Positions 33,411-44,600 of a stretch of DNA of 64,000 nucleotides are shown one piece after another; the first letter of the stretch is position 1, and every line of letters begins with the position of its first letter. The translations under genes were made by a program, and so were the position numbers. This DNA comes from Cyanophora paradoxa CCMP329 (lineage: Eukaryota > Plantae > Glaucophyta): NCBI GenBank assembly GCA_004431415.1, contig QPMI01000096.1, positions 1 through 64,000 on the forward strand. The letters run 5' to 3'. The notes beneath the pieces were generated by a model that did not search any database, was not told the origin of the DNA, and worked only from the letters and a program-made list of their open reading frames with translations.

Positions 33411-35353
33411 ATGTCGGGGCAGCCGACGTCGGCAGCGGCTGCGGCCGCGGAAGAGGACGCGCTGCGGGACGTCTCGCTCGAGAAAATCATGCGCGCGAAG
33501 CGAGCTCTCCAGGGAGTGGTCCATGAGACCGAACTGGTGCGCCCGGCCCGCGTCCAGCTCGAGCTCCGCTGGCGTACGTGCGATTCCACGCGTCGCTTTG
33601 CAATGCTAGAGAGTCGCGTACCTTCGATATTGGCTTGGGCCCCGGCGGCAAGGCGCGGCGCGCGTGCGTGCCGACCAATGCATATGTTCTGCGAGCGCGC
33701 AGGTCCCGTCGGCATCCCTGAGCAAGATGGCGGGCTGCTCGGTCTTTCTGAAGCTCGAGAACCTGCAGAAGACGGGCAGCTTCAAGGTCCGTCCCCCGGC
33801 GAAACTTCCCCAGCGCCGCGCGCTTATAAATTCCCGTGCGGGCGCGCCCCGCGCAGGCCCGCGGCGCGTACATGAAGATCAAATCGCTTTCAGAAGAGGA
33901 GAAGGGGAAAGGCGTGATCGCCGCGTCCGCAGGAAAGAGCGCCTTTGGATCAAATCTTGAAGTGTCCCGGCCGGCGCCCTGACCTCGCGCCGGCCGCGCA
34001 GCCACGCACAGGGCGTCGCTTGGGCCGCCACGGCGGCCGGCATCAAGGCGAGCCGCGCCCACCATTCTTAGCCCCTCGGTCCACCGCCCCTCGCCTACCG
34101 CCGTGGCCGGGGCCGGGGCCGGGGCCCTCTCCGCAGAGCACGATCGTCATGCCGGAGGCGTCGCCGTTAGCCAAGGTGCAGGCCACCCGCAGCTACGGCG
34201 CCGAGGTGCGCGGCCGAGGCCGGGGCCGAGGCCGGGGCTAGCCAGTGCTAGCCGAACTGGGCTCGGCTCTGCCGCAGGTCGTGCTGCACGGGCCGACCTT
34301 CGAGGACGCGTTCGCGCGGGCGCTCGAGCTCCAGCGCGAGAGGTGTACCCCCCTCCCTCCCTAGCTCGACTCCGGCGTACCCCTCGTGCTCACCCCCGAG
34401 CTCGCCCCCCCACCCCCCCCCCCCCCCCACCCCACAAGGGACCTCACGTTCATCCAGTGCGACCCCGCCCTCGCCCCGCGCGGTCGATATCGCGTACCCC
34501 CCCCCCCCCGCCCCGACGCGCTCCCCGGCAGCCCCTTCAACGACGTGGAGGTGATAGCCGGCCAGGGTACGCCGTTCCGCTCCGGGTCCTCTTGAAACCA
34601 CCCCGCTCAAGCTCGTACCCCGAAGGGACGATCGGAGTCGAGATCTGCCAAGTGGTGCGCATGCTCGGCGAACCCGTACCCCCTCTGAACCCCCCCCCCC
34701 ACCTGAATCTGACCCCCACAGGTACCCGACGCGGACGCGGTGGTCGTCGCGGTGCGAAGTCGACGCCGTCGTCGGCTCTTCCGTAAGGGATCCGAGGCCT
34801 AGGCCCCTCCCGCCAGGTCGGGGGCGGGGGCCTGCTGGCGGGGGTGGCGGTGGCCGTGCGCGCTCTCAACCCCCGCTGCCGCATCTTCGGCGTCCAGGCA
34901 CGCCGTACCCCCGCTCCGAGGCTGGGCTAGCTTCGCTTTGCTTTGCCTCACGCCGGGACGGCAGGCGGAGAAGTGCGCGCCGATGGCGGAGTCGAAGCGG
35001 GCGCGCTCGCTGTGCGTCTCCCGCGGCGCGGGGGCCACCATCGCCGACGGCATCGCCGTGCGCCCCGCCGGCGCCGGCGCCGGCGCCCCGCCCCGCTTAG
35101 ACATCTCCCCTCCGCTCCTCGAGCTCGCGCCGGGCTCCGGCTCCCTCGCCACGCACGCCCCGCCCCCTAGGCCTCCGCCTCGCGCCTCTCCCTGTCTTCC
35201 TCCCCTTGAAGATTTAGACCGCCCCGCGCCCTTAACCCCCCTTCCTCCTCCTTTCCCTGATGATGAGGGCCGGGGCCGGGGCGCGCGGGGGCAGGTGAAG
35301 CAGCCGGGCTCGCGGACCTTCCGCATCATCGACTCCCTCGTCGACGAGGCCCG

Positions 35354-35384
<31 letters not shown>

Positions 35385-36743
35385 CCCCCCCCGCCCGCCC
35401 CCGCCCGCCCCTCGGGCCTCGGATCGATCTGACCGGGCGCCGCAGATCGTACTCATCGACGACGAGTCCATCGCCGCCGTTCGCCGGCCCCGCCGCCGGC
35501 CCCTGGCCTCCTCGGCTGAGGCGAGGGGCGCGGGCAGGCGATGCTGGTGCTGCTGGAGCGCTGCAAGACGATGGTCGAGGCCGCCGGCGCCGCCCCCCTC
35601 GCCGGTGCGCCGCCTGCCTCGGCCTCCCCGCCCACGCACCTCCGGCCCGCCCTAACCGAGGCCTCGGGCTCGGCCAGCCCTGCTGCAGCGGCGCATCCCC
35701 GACATCGAACCGCACCACAAGGCGAGCTCGGGCCAGCAGCCAGCTAGATACAGCTCCAGATGCAGGGCCCGGGGGCGCAGGTGGCGTGCGTGCTGTGCGG
35801 GGGCAACGTGGACGTCAACTTCCTCTCCCGCGTCATCGAGCGCGGCATGGCACGCCCCGGGGCCCCCGCCCCCCCCGGCCCCCGCTCCCCGCCCCGCCCA
35901 GGCCCCTGGAGCTAGAGCTAGAGCTCGAGCTAGAGCTCGAGCTCGAGCCCCCGCCGGATCCCCCCGCCCCCCTCCTCCTCTTAGCTGGGGCGCAGGTGAA
36001 GGCGGGGCGGCGGGTGCGGGTGACGGCGGTGGTGCCCGACCGCCCGGGCGCCCTCTCCCGCCTCCTCGCCCTCGTCGCCGCCGCCCGCGGCAACGTCCAC
36101 GAGGCACGCCCCGCCCCGCTTTAGTTCGCCCCGCTCCTTATATATAATTAATTATAAGCTTAACTTCCACGAGGCCCGCCCCGCCCCTTAAAGCTCAAGC
36201 TTTATGATGAGAGATAATTGAACCGATGCATAAAATTCTTACTGAGAGGGTGCCGCAGGTCCACCACGACAGGGCCGACCGGTGCGGCGGCGGCCGCGCG
36301 CGGGCCACGCCGTCCGGCGCCGCGCCTCCGGCGGCCGGCTCTTCGTTTTTCTCATTTTCCTCGCGCGCCCCCCATGGCCATGGCCAGGCGGGTGCACCTG
36401 GGCGAGGCTTCCGTGGACATCACCATCGAGACGCGGGTTCGAATCCGGGCCGGGCCGGGCCCCCGCGCCTTCTCCTTCGAATTCTCCCTTCGTTCTTTCG
36501 ACGCGCGAGGGGGCATGCAGGACTGGGGGCACGGGGAGGAGATCGTGAAGTCGCTGAGAGAGGTGCTCGTGCTCCTGACCAGCCGGATCGACGCCCTGAA
36601 TTTAACTTAACTTCCGCCTAATTTCTGGATTTCCGCAGGGGGGCTTCCACGTGGGCCTGCAGCCGATGGCGGCGGTGTGCGGGGAGCTCGAGGCCGGGCC
36701 CGGCGCCCCCGACGGCGCCGGCTGCATCGGCTTCGGCCTCTAG
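33411..36743 (+). CDS. ilvA: Threonine ammonia-lyase (dehydratase) with a single C-terminal ACT domain, 21 introns
   Basis: FLKLENLQKTGSFK-ARGA (PLP lysine), ASAGNHAQGVA, IHPFND..IAGQGTIG.EI, VGGGGLLAG, TIADGIAVK.PG, LCGGNVD; ACT domain VPDRPGALSRLL..GNVHEVHHDR..TIETRD; stop TAG at 36741-36743. Confidence 0.95.
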
Positions 36744-37483
36744 ATCCGATCGATCGCGACCGCGCGCCGCAGTTTCCGAAGTTCCGTTCCCTCCTGTGTA
36801 GTAGATAGCTAGTTCTGTTCCCTCCGGGGATCCTGTATATATAGTGGATACATAGCGCTGTGCATTTGGTTCTGAAATACTAGCTTCATCTAGCTACTAG
36901 GCTATAGGTCCATAAAATTAAAATTAAAACGAGTCCTTCATAGATTTTCGAAGACCGTCGGACTTGCAGTGCGCTAGCTGGGTCACCTCGGTGAGCCTGG
37001 GTCTGCAGCTGGGCACGCGCCGCGCGGCGCATGACTCAATGAGCATACGGCGGCAGATGATCATGAGGCGTCGTCGTCTGATAGTGATGATGAGCGGATC
37101 CGGAGCCCGCGACGGGGCGCGGTACCGACATTGGTCCAGGCCTAGCGCTATATATAGGCGCTGGCGGGACACGCCCCGGCGCTTTGCGATCGATCGCAAT
37201 CTCGCGATGCGGCCGCCGCCTCGGCGATCGCGAGTCGAGCTTAAGCTTGCGCGATCGCGCTTCGAAAATTCCAAGGCTCCGGGTCCGCAGGCGCCGGGCC
37301 GCCGAGGCCGCCGGCGGGTCCGAGCTCGGCGTTCGTTTCAGCGGCCCTCAACCTGGGCCGGGCTTCAGCCGGGCGGCCCGGGCCGCCGGGCGCCCCCCTC
37401 GAGCTCAGGGGCTAGGCCTGCTGCCACTGCCTGCCAGGGCAGGCCGCGCGGCGGCACGGGGGCCGCGGCCCACGGGCCGTGGC

Positions 37484-37988
37484 CAGTGATGTCATCATGA
37501 TAGGTCCCCCAAAATCGTCATCATTATCACATCATTATCACCATCATGATGATCATTTTGATATCACAGGGAAGGGGGTACGGACGCGTCATCAGACACC
37601 TCAGTGCCCTTTCTGCGCTGCAGAACCTGCTGTTTTGGAGCAGAATCGTGTTCTTAAGCATATCAATGCTGGGTTAAAGCATCTGGGGGTCCGAATGACA
37701 AGAGATCATGAGAAATCCACCCAGGGTGACGACCTGGGGGTACATGCATAGTACTGCCGAGGCGGCCAGAGGCTCTCCAGAGCCTCGAATAACATTCTTA
37801 ACATCACCAGAAGCTGTTTATGTGTGATATAGCACTGTACAGAGCACTTGGAAAGGCGAAAGACGCGAGTTGAGGGGTCGTGATGTCACCATTATGATGA
37901 GCGTGATAGAGGGGGGGTCCCGTATCATGATATCAAAATGTGATATCACATCATTATCATTTTTATCATTATCATGATGCCATCACTG
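37484..37988. mobile_element. hAT-type MITE
   Basis: TIR CAGTGATGTCATCATGATA / TATCATGATGCCATCACTG; 8-bp TSD GCCGTGGC at 37476-37483 and 37989-37996. Confidence 0.9.
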
Positions 37989-38614
37989 GCCGTGGCCCGT
38001 GGCCCGGGCGGCGGCCGTGGGCCCGTGGCCCGTGGGCCGCGGTGCATGGGCGCCCTACGTACTGCCAGTGTCTGCCACAGTCTGCCAGCCCAGTGCCAGG
38101 CCCGGGCTAGCGTTTAATTAACGGGCCCACTAGTACTGAAGTCGCGATCGCGTATCGCCGAGTCGGCAGCATTCATGATCATTCGATTCATTAGTAGAAT
38201 CATTACAAATAATATTCGACTCGGCGACGAAATCCGAAAATGAATGCAGAAACTTGAAACGGCCACTGGGGTACGGCTAGCGATCCTAGGCTTGATCATG
38301 AGAAGCTTGCGAATGCAACGTCAACCTGCATGCGCGCAGTTCCCCGGCCCCCGGGATCCCAGCCCGCAGCTTCTAGAGCTTGGCGATTCTCGATCCCGCT
38401 GTGATTCCCGCATCAGCACTGCTTCAGCAGACTCTGAGATCCTCGCGCATCAGCAGATCCGCGCAACGCTTGCCTAGGCCTAGGTACGCAGCCCCGGCGG
38501 TACGCAGGAGCTTCTCCGATTCCCGACAGCTAGCTGCAGCCTGCAGGCCTTGGCCCAGTCGCCCGGGCGGAGCATCGGATTTGGGTCCAATATTAGCAGA
38601 GGACGGCCACGGCC

Positions 38615-41600
38615 ATGGCCTCCAACGATGGAGCGCGCCCGGCGATCGGGGGATGCATGTGGAGATCTATAACTAGGGGAAGCCTTCCGCTGGCGGCCCT
38701 GGCGCTGGCGCTCGTCCTGCTGGCGCTCGCCCCGCGCGGCGCGTCCGCGGCGGAAGCTCCGGTGGCAGTCGGCGCGGAGATCCTCCGCCTGGACTGCAGC
38801 GCCCGCCTGCACCTCTTCCCCCAAGGCTTCCTGAACGCCACACTGGACCTCAGCCGCCTCGTCCGGGGCTCGGGCGCCGCCGCGGTCGTCATGGGTGCGC
38901 GCGCGCGGAACGGCTCTTCAAAATCTACTCTTTTTCTTCTAGATCTTCAGCTTTAGAGCGTTTACCGGGCCCTCCTTCGGCCGCTCCTCCAACTTGCCTG
39001 TTCGCTTAGCTTGCGTGGTGACGCTGACGTCACGCGCGGGGCGCGCGCGCGCAGGCAAGCTGAAGGACCGTCTGAAGTGCATGATGGAGAAGGAGCAGGC
39101 GGGCTCCTCGGCGCTGCTGACCGACGAGCACTGGACGGCGGGGTGGACCCTCGGCCCGCAGGCCCTCGTCAACATGCTCCGCGGCGCCGCCCGCCGCGGC
39201 TTCTCCGGTGCGCTCAGCCGTCCCTCTAGATCTCTGAGCCGCTGAGTCGCTGACTCGCCTGCGCCCGGTCCGCAGCGCTGCCGGAGGCGCTGCAGAAGGC
39301 GATGCGGAAGAGCTACCTCGGCCTGCCCTTCTCCTGGAACTCCTGGCACGGCACCTCCTTCCCCGCCCAGGACTGGATCCCCAGTGCGCGGGCCCTGCCC
39401 CCCCCGGCCCGGGCCGCCCCAGCCTCCGTCCCGCCCGCCCGTCACGCCTCAGCAGGCACCTGCTCGGGCGCGGCCGGGAGCCCCTGCCTGATGTCCATAG
39501 ACGCCCGCGCGACCCTCGGAGCCACCCTCAAGGTCCGCCGATTGCTTAAGCTTTGAGATTCGTTTCGCTCCTTTGCCCACTGGCGCCGCCCGCCCGCCCC
39601 GCAGGTCGCCTACGACCTCTGCCCGGCGACGGGACTGCCCTTCCTCTCGGTCAACTGCGAGGGCAGCGCCTGCTCCCGCTTCCTCCGCCCCTGCTCCGTG
39701 CGCGCTGTCGAGAACCCGGCCGCGCACCAGCGCCCCTTTCTCCGTACCCCCCTTCCTTGCCCTTGCCCTTTATCCCCCCCCTCTCCGCACCAGCGCCTCT
39801 TTCTCTTCCCCCTCCCGCTTCCCCTTACCCCCGTCCCTCGCACTTCCCCTTCCCGTTTTCGTCCCCCTCCTTCGAGCTCCCCCTTCCCCTCGTCCTCGTC
39901 CTACATGCCAAACCTATATATCCGGCGCCCTTCCTTTCACCCCTGCACCCCCTTCCCTTCCCCCCCCCCCCCCAACCCCCCCGCCCGCCCCCGCTCCCAG
40001 ATCGCCCTCCCTTTCCTTCCCCATCCCCGTACCCCCTTCTCATGCCCCCTTTTCCTTTCACACACACACACCGTCCCTCTCCTCTCTCCCCTCCTCTCTG
40101 TCATCTTCGCATACCCTTACATCCCTGCCTACCCCCCTGCCCTAGCAGGCTCCCCTTAAGCTTCTTTCCCCACTCCTCCCTCCTCTTCTTATACCCCCGT
40201 CTTGCTGCCCCTTACTCTCCCCCTCATTTCTTCGCCCTCCTTCTGTCCTACACACACTTCTTTTACATCCTGCACCCTTCCCCTTCCCCTCCCTCCTCCC
40301 CTCCCTCCCACCAACCCCTTCTCCCTCATGCCTTACACTTCTTCCCTTCCTTCTACCCTTCCTTCCTCCCCTAGCCCCTGTCTCCTCCCCCTCCCTCATC
40401 CTTCCCTCCTCCCGCCCCCTCCCCTCCCCCACCCCTCTCCCGCTCTCCCCCCTTCCCCGCCCCCCGGGCCCCTTCTAAGACGCGCTGTGCCCCGCTGCCA
40501 TGGCCCCCTCCCCCCCCTGCCATATGCATCCCGCTCCGCTCGCCAGCTCCTCGTCGAATTCGCCTCGCAGGCCGACGCCGACTGCCGCGCGGACGCCGCC
40601 GACACGGGCGCCGTGTGCCTGAACGTCATGGAGGCCCCCGCGCCCAAATACGTCTTCGAATTCCTCAAGGTCCGTCCGTATTCTAAGCAACGGAATATCC
40701 GGAGCTCAATCGCCGCGCGGCGCGCGTGCGCAGTCGCTCGGGATGTACGACGCGGGAGACAAGGAGGAGCTCGCCGGGGGCGTCATGAAGGACGTCGTCG
40801 ACTTCGTTCGCTCCCTGCACGGCATCGCCCCCGCCCCCGTGCGCCCTCGCCCCCCTCCCCCCCATCTCCCACCTCCTCGCCCCGCCCCCCTCGCCCCCCC
40901 TCTCCCCTGCTCCCCCCTTCCCTTCCCTCCTTCCCCTCCACAACTTCCCCTTCCCTCCTTCCCCCCGCCCGCGCTCCACCCCCCCCCCCGTTCCCCCCTC
41001 CCCTCCCAGCCCTCCCCCCACCCATTCTCCCCCCACCCCCCCTTCCATCCCTTCCGCCGCCGCGTCCGCCTGCACCCTTGTTCAGATCGGCCGCTGATTC
41101 GATTTGCGCGCAGGAGCTCTCCTTCAAAGCCTGCGTCTCCACCGCCCGTGCGTGCAGCCTTCTAACTTGCACGGTCGAGCTTGAGCTCTAGATCTCCCGG
41201 TGTAATTGACCTCGGCCCGGGCCCGCAGCTCGGATTGGCCTCGTGAGCTCCAACGGGGTGCTCTCCATAAACGCATCCGCGAGTGAGACCGGCTGGTTCT
41301 TCGGCTCGTTCGACTTCTTCGTCACCAAGTGCGGCGCGAACGTTGACGCTTTAAAATGCTATAAATGCGACGCAATGATAAATGAACGCTATAATGCGAC
41401 GCTTACAAATAAAATACACGTCGCCAAGTGTGACGCGCATTCCATGGCAAGGCCAACGGGCCGTCGATGCAGTTCGAATTCGAGCTCTGGCTTGCGCGCA
41501 GGTTCGCGGCGGTGGCTGAGTACTTCGCGAAAGACGTGATGAAGTGCTCGACGGCGGACGACAAGACCAGCTGCCCCCAGGTCTCCGGCTGGGACGGTGC

Positions 41601-44600
41601 GCTCGCGCTCACGCGCAGCCCGCGGCCGCGGCCGTCCTCCCGGGCCCGTCGGCGCTCGAACTCACGCGCTCGCCCGTGCAGGGAAGCTGGCGGGCGGGCT
41701 GGCGGCGGTGTCGGAGGCGCGCAAGGCAGCTCGGGACCTGTCGTACTCGGGCCCCCGCATCGTGATCGACAAGGAGGCGCCCGTCACCAAGCTCCTCGCC
41801 CTCGACTGCGAAGGTGGACGAAAGATGTCTTTATAATCAACAGAGCATACTTTCGATGCTAAGATTCCGCAGGGGCGCTGCACGTCGGCCTGATGAACTT
41901 CGGCATCACGCTCCGCGTGCCCGTCGCGCGCCCTGTGGCGGCCTGGCTCGGCGGCTACGTCAAGAAGCTGCAGGCGGCGCGCTACGCGGCCCGCTCGGCG
42001 AGCTTCGACGAGAAGCAGGCCGTCTACTACCAGCCGTGGACGGCGGGGTACATGCTCGCGTCGTTCACCAACGCGGCCGGCAAGCCGGCGCGGCCGGCCC
42101 TGTCTAGCCTCGCCGTGACCGATGATGCCGCATTCTTCGACGTGCGATTCTCGATTTTCGCTGAGCTGAGCCGATTTCCGCTGAGCTCGTCGCGACCGCA
42201 GGTCAGCGGGGCGAGCTGCAGCATGGAGACGCTCTCCTCGAGCGGCAAGGGCTACTGCCTCGCGAACCTGGGTTCGAATCCGCTCGACTCCGCTTTTTTT
42301 ACCAGCGTCGCGCCGTGCGCCGATCGGGACTGACCTATTTCTGCGCGCGCAGCGAAGTTCCTGCCGAAGGGCCTGCGGGTGGAGATGGCGCTGGGCCAGT
42401 GCGGCGGCCAAGAGGCCGGCCTCCCCGCCCTCGAGCTCGGCGTCTCGGGCCCCGGCGCCGACCTCTTCACCATGCACAAGGCGCGCCGGCCGCGGCTGCC
42501 TGCTTAACGATTTAAGCTTTTAATTTCAATTATAATCCGGCCACAGCGCACCTGTCACAGTGTGCTCACGAACGCGTGCTCAGGGCTGCGACGCGTCGGC
42601 GGACTGCGGGGGTCAGAACGTGTGCGAGAACGTCGAAGCGGCCCTCGAGGAGGCGGCGGGGCGCCCGGTCGGCTTCATGCGCCTCTACGACCTGGTCTCC
42701 AACGCTGTCTGGGGGTGCGTGTTTGTGTCAACTCTGTGCATATGCATGCCGTGCCTTCGATAATCCGAGCGGCGAGTTCTTTCTCGCAGCAACGGGCCGC
42801 TGCCGGTCCCCACGTCGGATGTCGTGCGCCTCAGCGAGATTAAGATGGCGCCCGCATGCTCCGGATCCACGAATAGCGAATGCACCGTGTGAGTGTCTGT
42901 TTCAACTGAACGCCTTGCCGATTTCGCGGCAGTAGCTGAGCTGCGCGCTCGGCGCCCAGATCTGTGACGGTAGCAAGAAAGCTCACTGTGACAGACTGGT
43001 ACGCTTACATCCCGTTCGACTTCAGCAGACTCGCCATTCGCTTTAAGGATGCCTCCGACAAAATTGTCTCTGTCACGGAAACCGCTTGCGTTTCAAGAAA
43101 TTCTGGCTATGGGAATGTGTACTGTTATCAAAATTACTGTGTCTCCGGACTCCATTGGTTCGACGCCTGCGCTACGGCGACTTCGCGGGCGCAATACAAC
43201 GTCGAGTTTCGCAAGACCACTTATGCGACACGGCCAGTCTATTACTACAGTAATCACCCTGGGCTGTTCAATTCTACGGAGCTGGACACGACCACTGCTA
43301 CCTTCGTAAGCCTCATTTTCTTTTTATTTCCAGTTTTGGACTTGCAATTAATGCAGCTTGATGCAGGCGAACGACACGAGCTCTAGTGGCCAGAGATTCG
43401 AATTCGAAGGCGGCATTTCGGCCGTCGCTAAGGTTGGTCTCGATAATTCGCGCTATTCGTTCGTTTCTTCGCTGTATGAACTGTGCGAATTCAAACAGGT
43501 GGAGCTTGTTGTGCTGCCTGCGTCTGGATCTGGAGATGTCATTGTTGTCGACTCGCGCTCGATTTCGAAACCCGAGACTTCAACCAGCTGTATCAGCAAC
43601 TACAGGTGCGACATTTTATTCAACGTTAAGCTTGAGTCTGCTTAACATCAAGCCTTTAAAATGATGCGCGCAGGACACCTGCCTTTTCCGGGGATTGGGC
43701 CGTCCGCGGAGGAAGATCGCTCAGCGTGTGCTTCCCCACGTGCGCCGACTCTTCCGTCCTGCGTTTCCTACCCGCATTCGAAATTCGTAATTGAGCTCGA
43801 ATCCGCGTTTTCGAAGGTACACTTTATCCGAGGCCTTCAGCAAAAATCTGCTGGCTGTCGTTGGCTTCAAGTCCACTGGCAAATATATGCCTCCATCCTT
43901 GGGATATCCGTCATCGTTCGGCGTATACGTGCGCATACGTGCTCGAGCTGGGGTTGATCTGTCGAATTTAATTTGCGCATGCTGACACCGGTTGAAGTTC
44001 GCAGAGCTCTTGTACAAGCCAGAAGCAGGGCTCTCGATCCTACCGCTTGCGCAGGAGTACTATGTGAGAGGGGAGCTCCGCGCTAGAGCGTGGAGCCGCC
44101 CCGTCGTCACTGTGAACGGCACGAGCAAGTACGGAGATTTCCAGCAGTCTAGCGCGGACACATCTGTCGCGAGCGGGACTATCTATGCATCCTCTTCGCA
44201 GCTAATCGCGCCTGGAACTATCATTCGCTTTTCGTTTGGGAGCTCGGGGTCGTCTGGATGGCTTCCGAACTGCACCATACCCAACTCTCAGGGTTCTTGC
44301 CCCTACCTGCTGCCCACGTACAAGAACGGCACAATCTACATTTCCGTCGAAGGGTGCGCAGAAACAGTACAGACTGAACCTGACGTGTGGCCGTATGACC
44401 ATGAGCAGGTCGTCTCCCGGCACCAGATCTGACCTGCTGCTAGAGCCGTTTGCACTATCACCCTCGGAGTCCGTTGTGCCTGTTGACGGGTTCCAAGGCT
44501 GCAGGTAAAAAGCTGTGTTGAACTACTTGTGGCGCTCGAATTTGTTGACCCGCGCGGCGCCGCGCAGTCTGCATCGGAGCTACAAGGACGGTCAGCTCGG

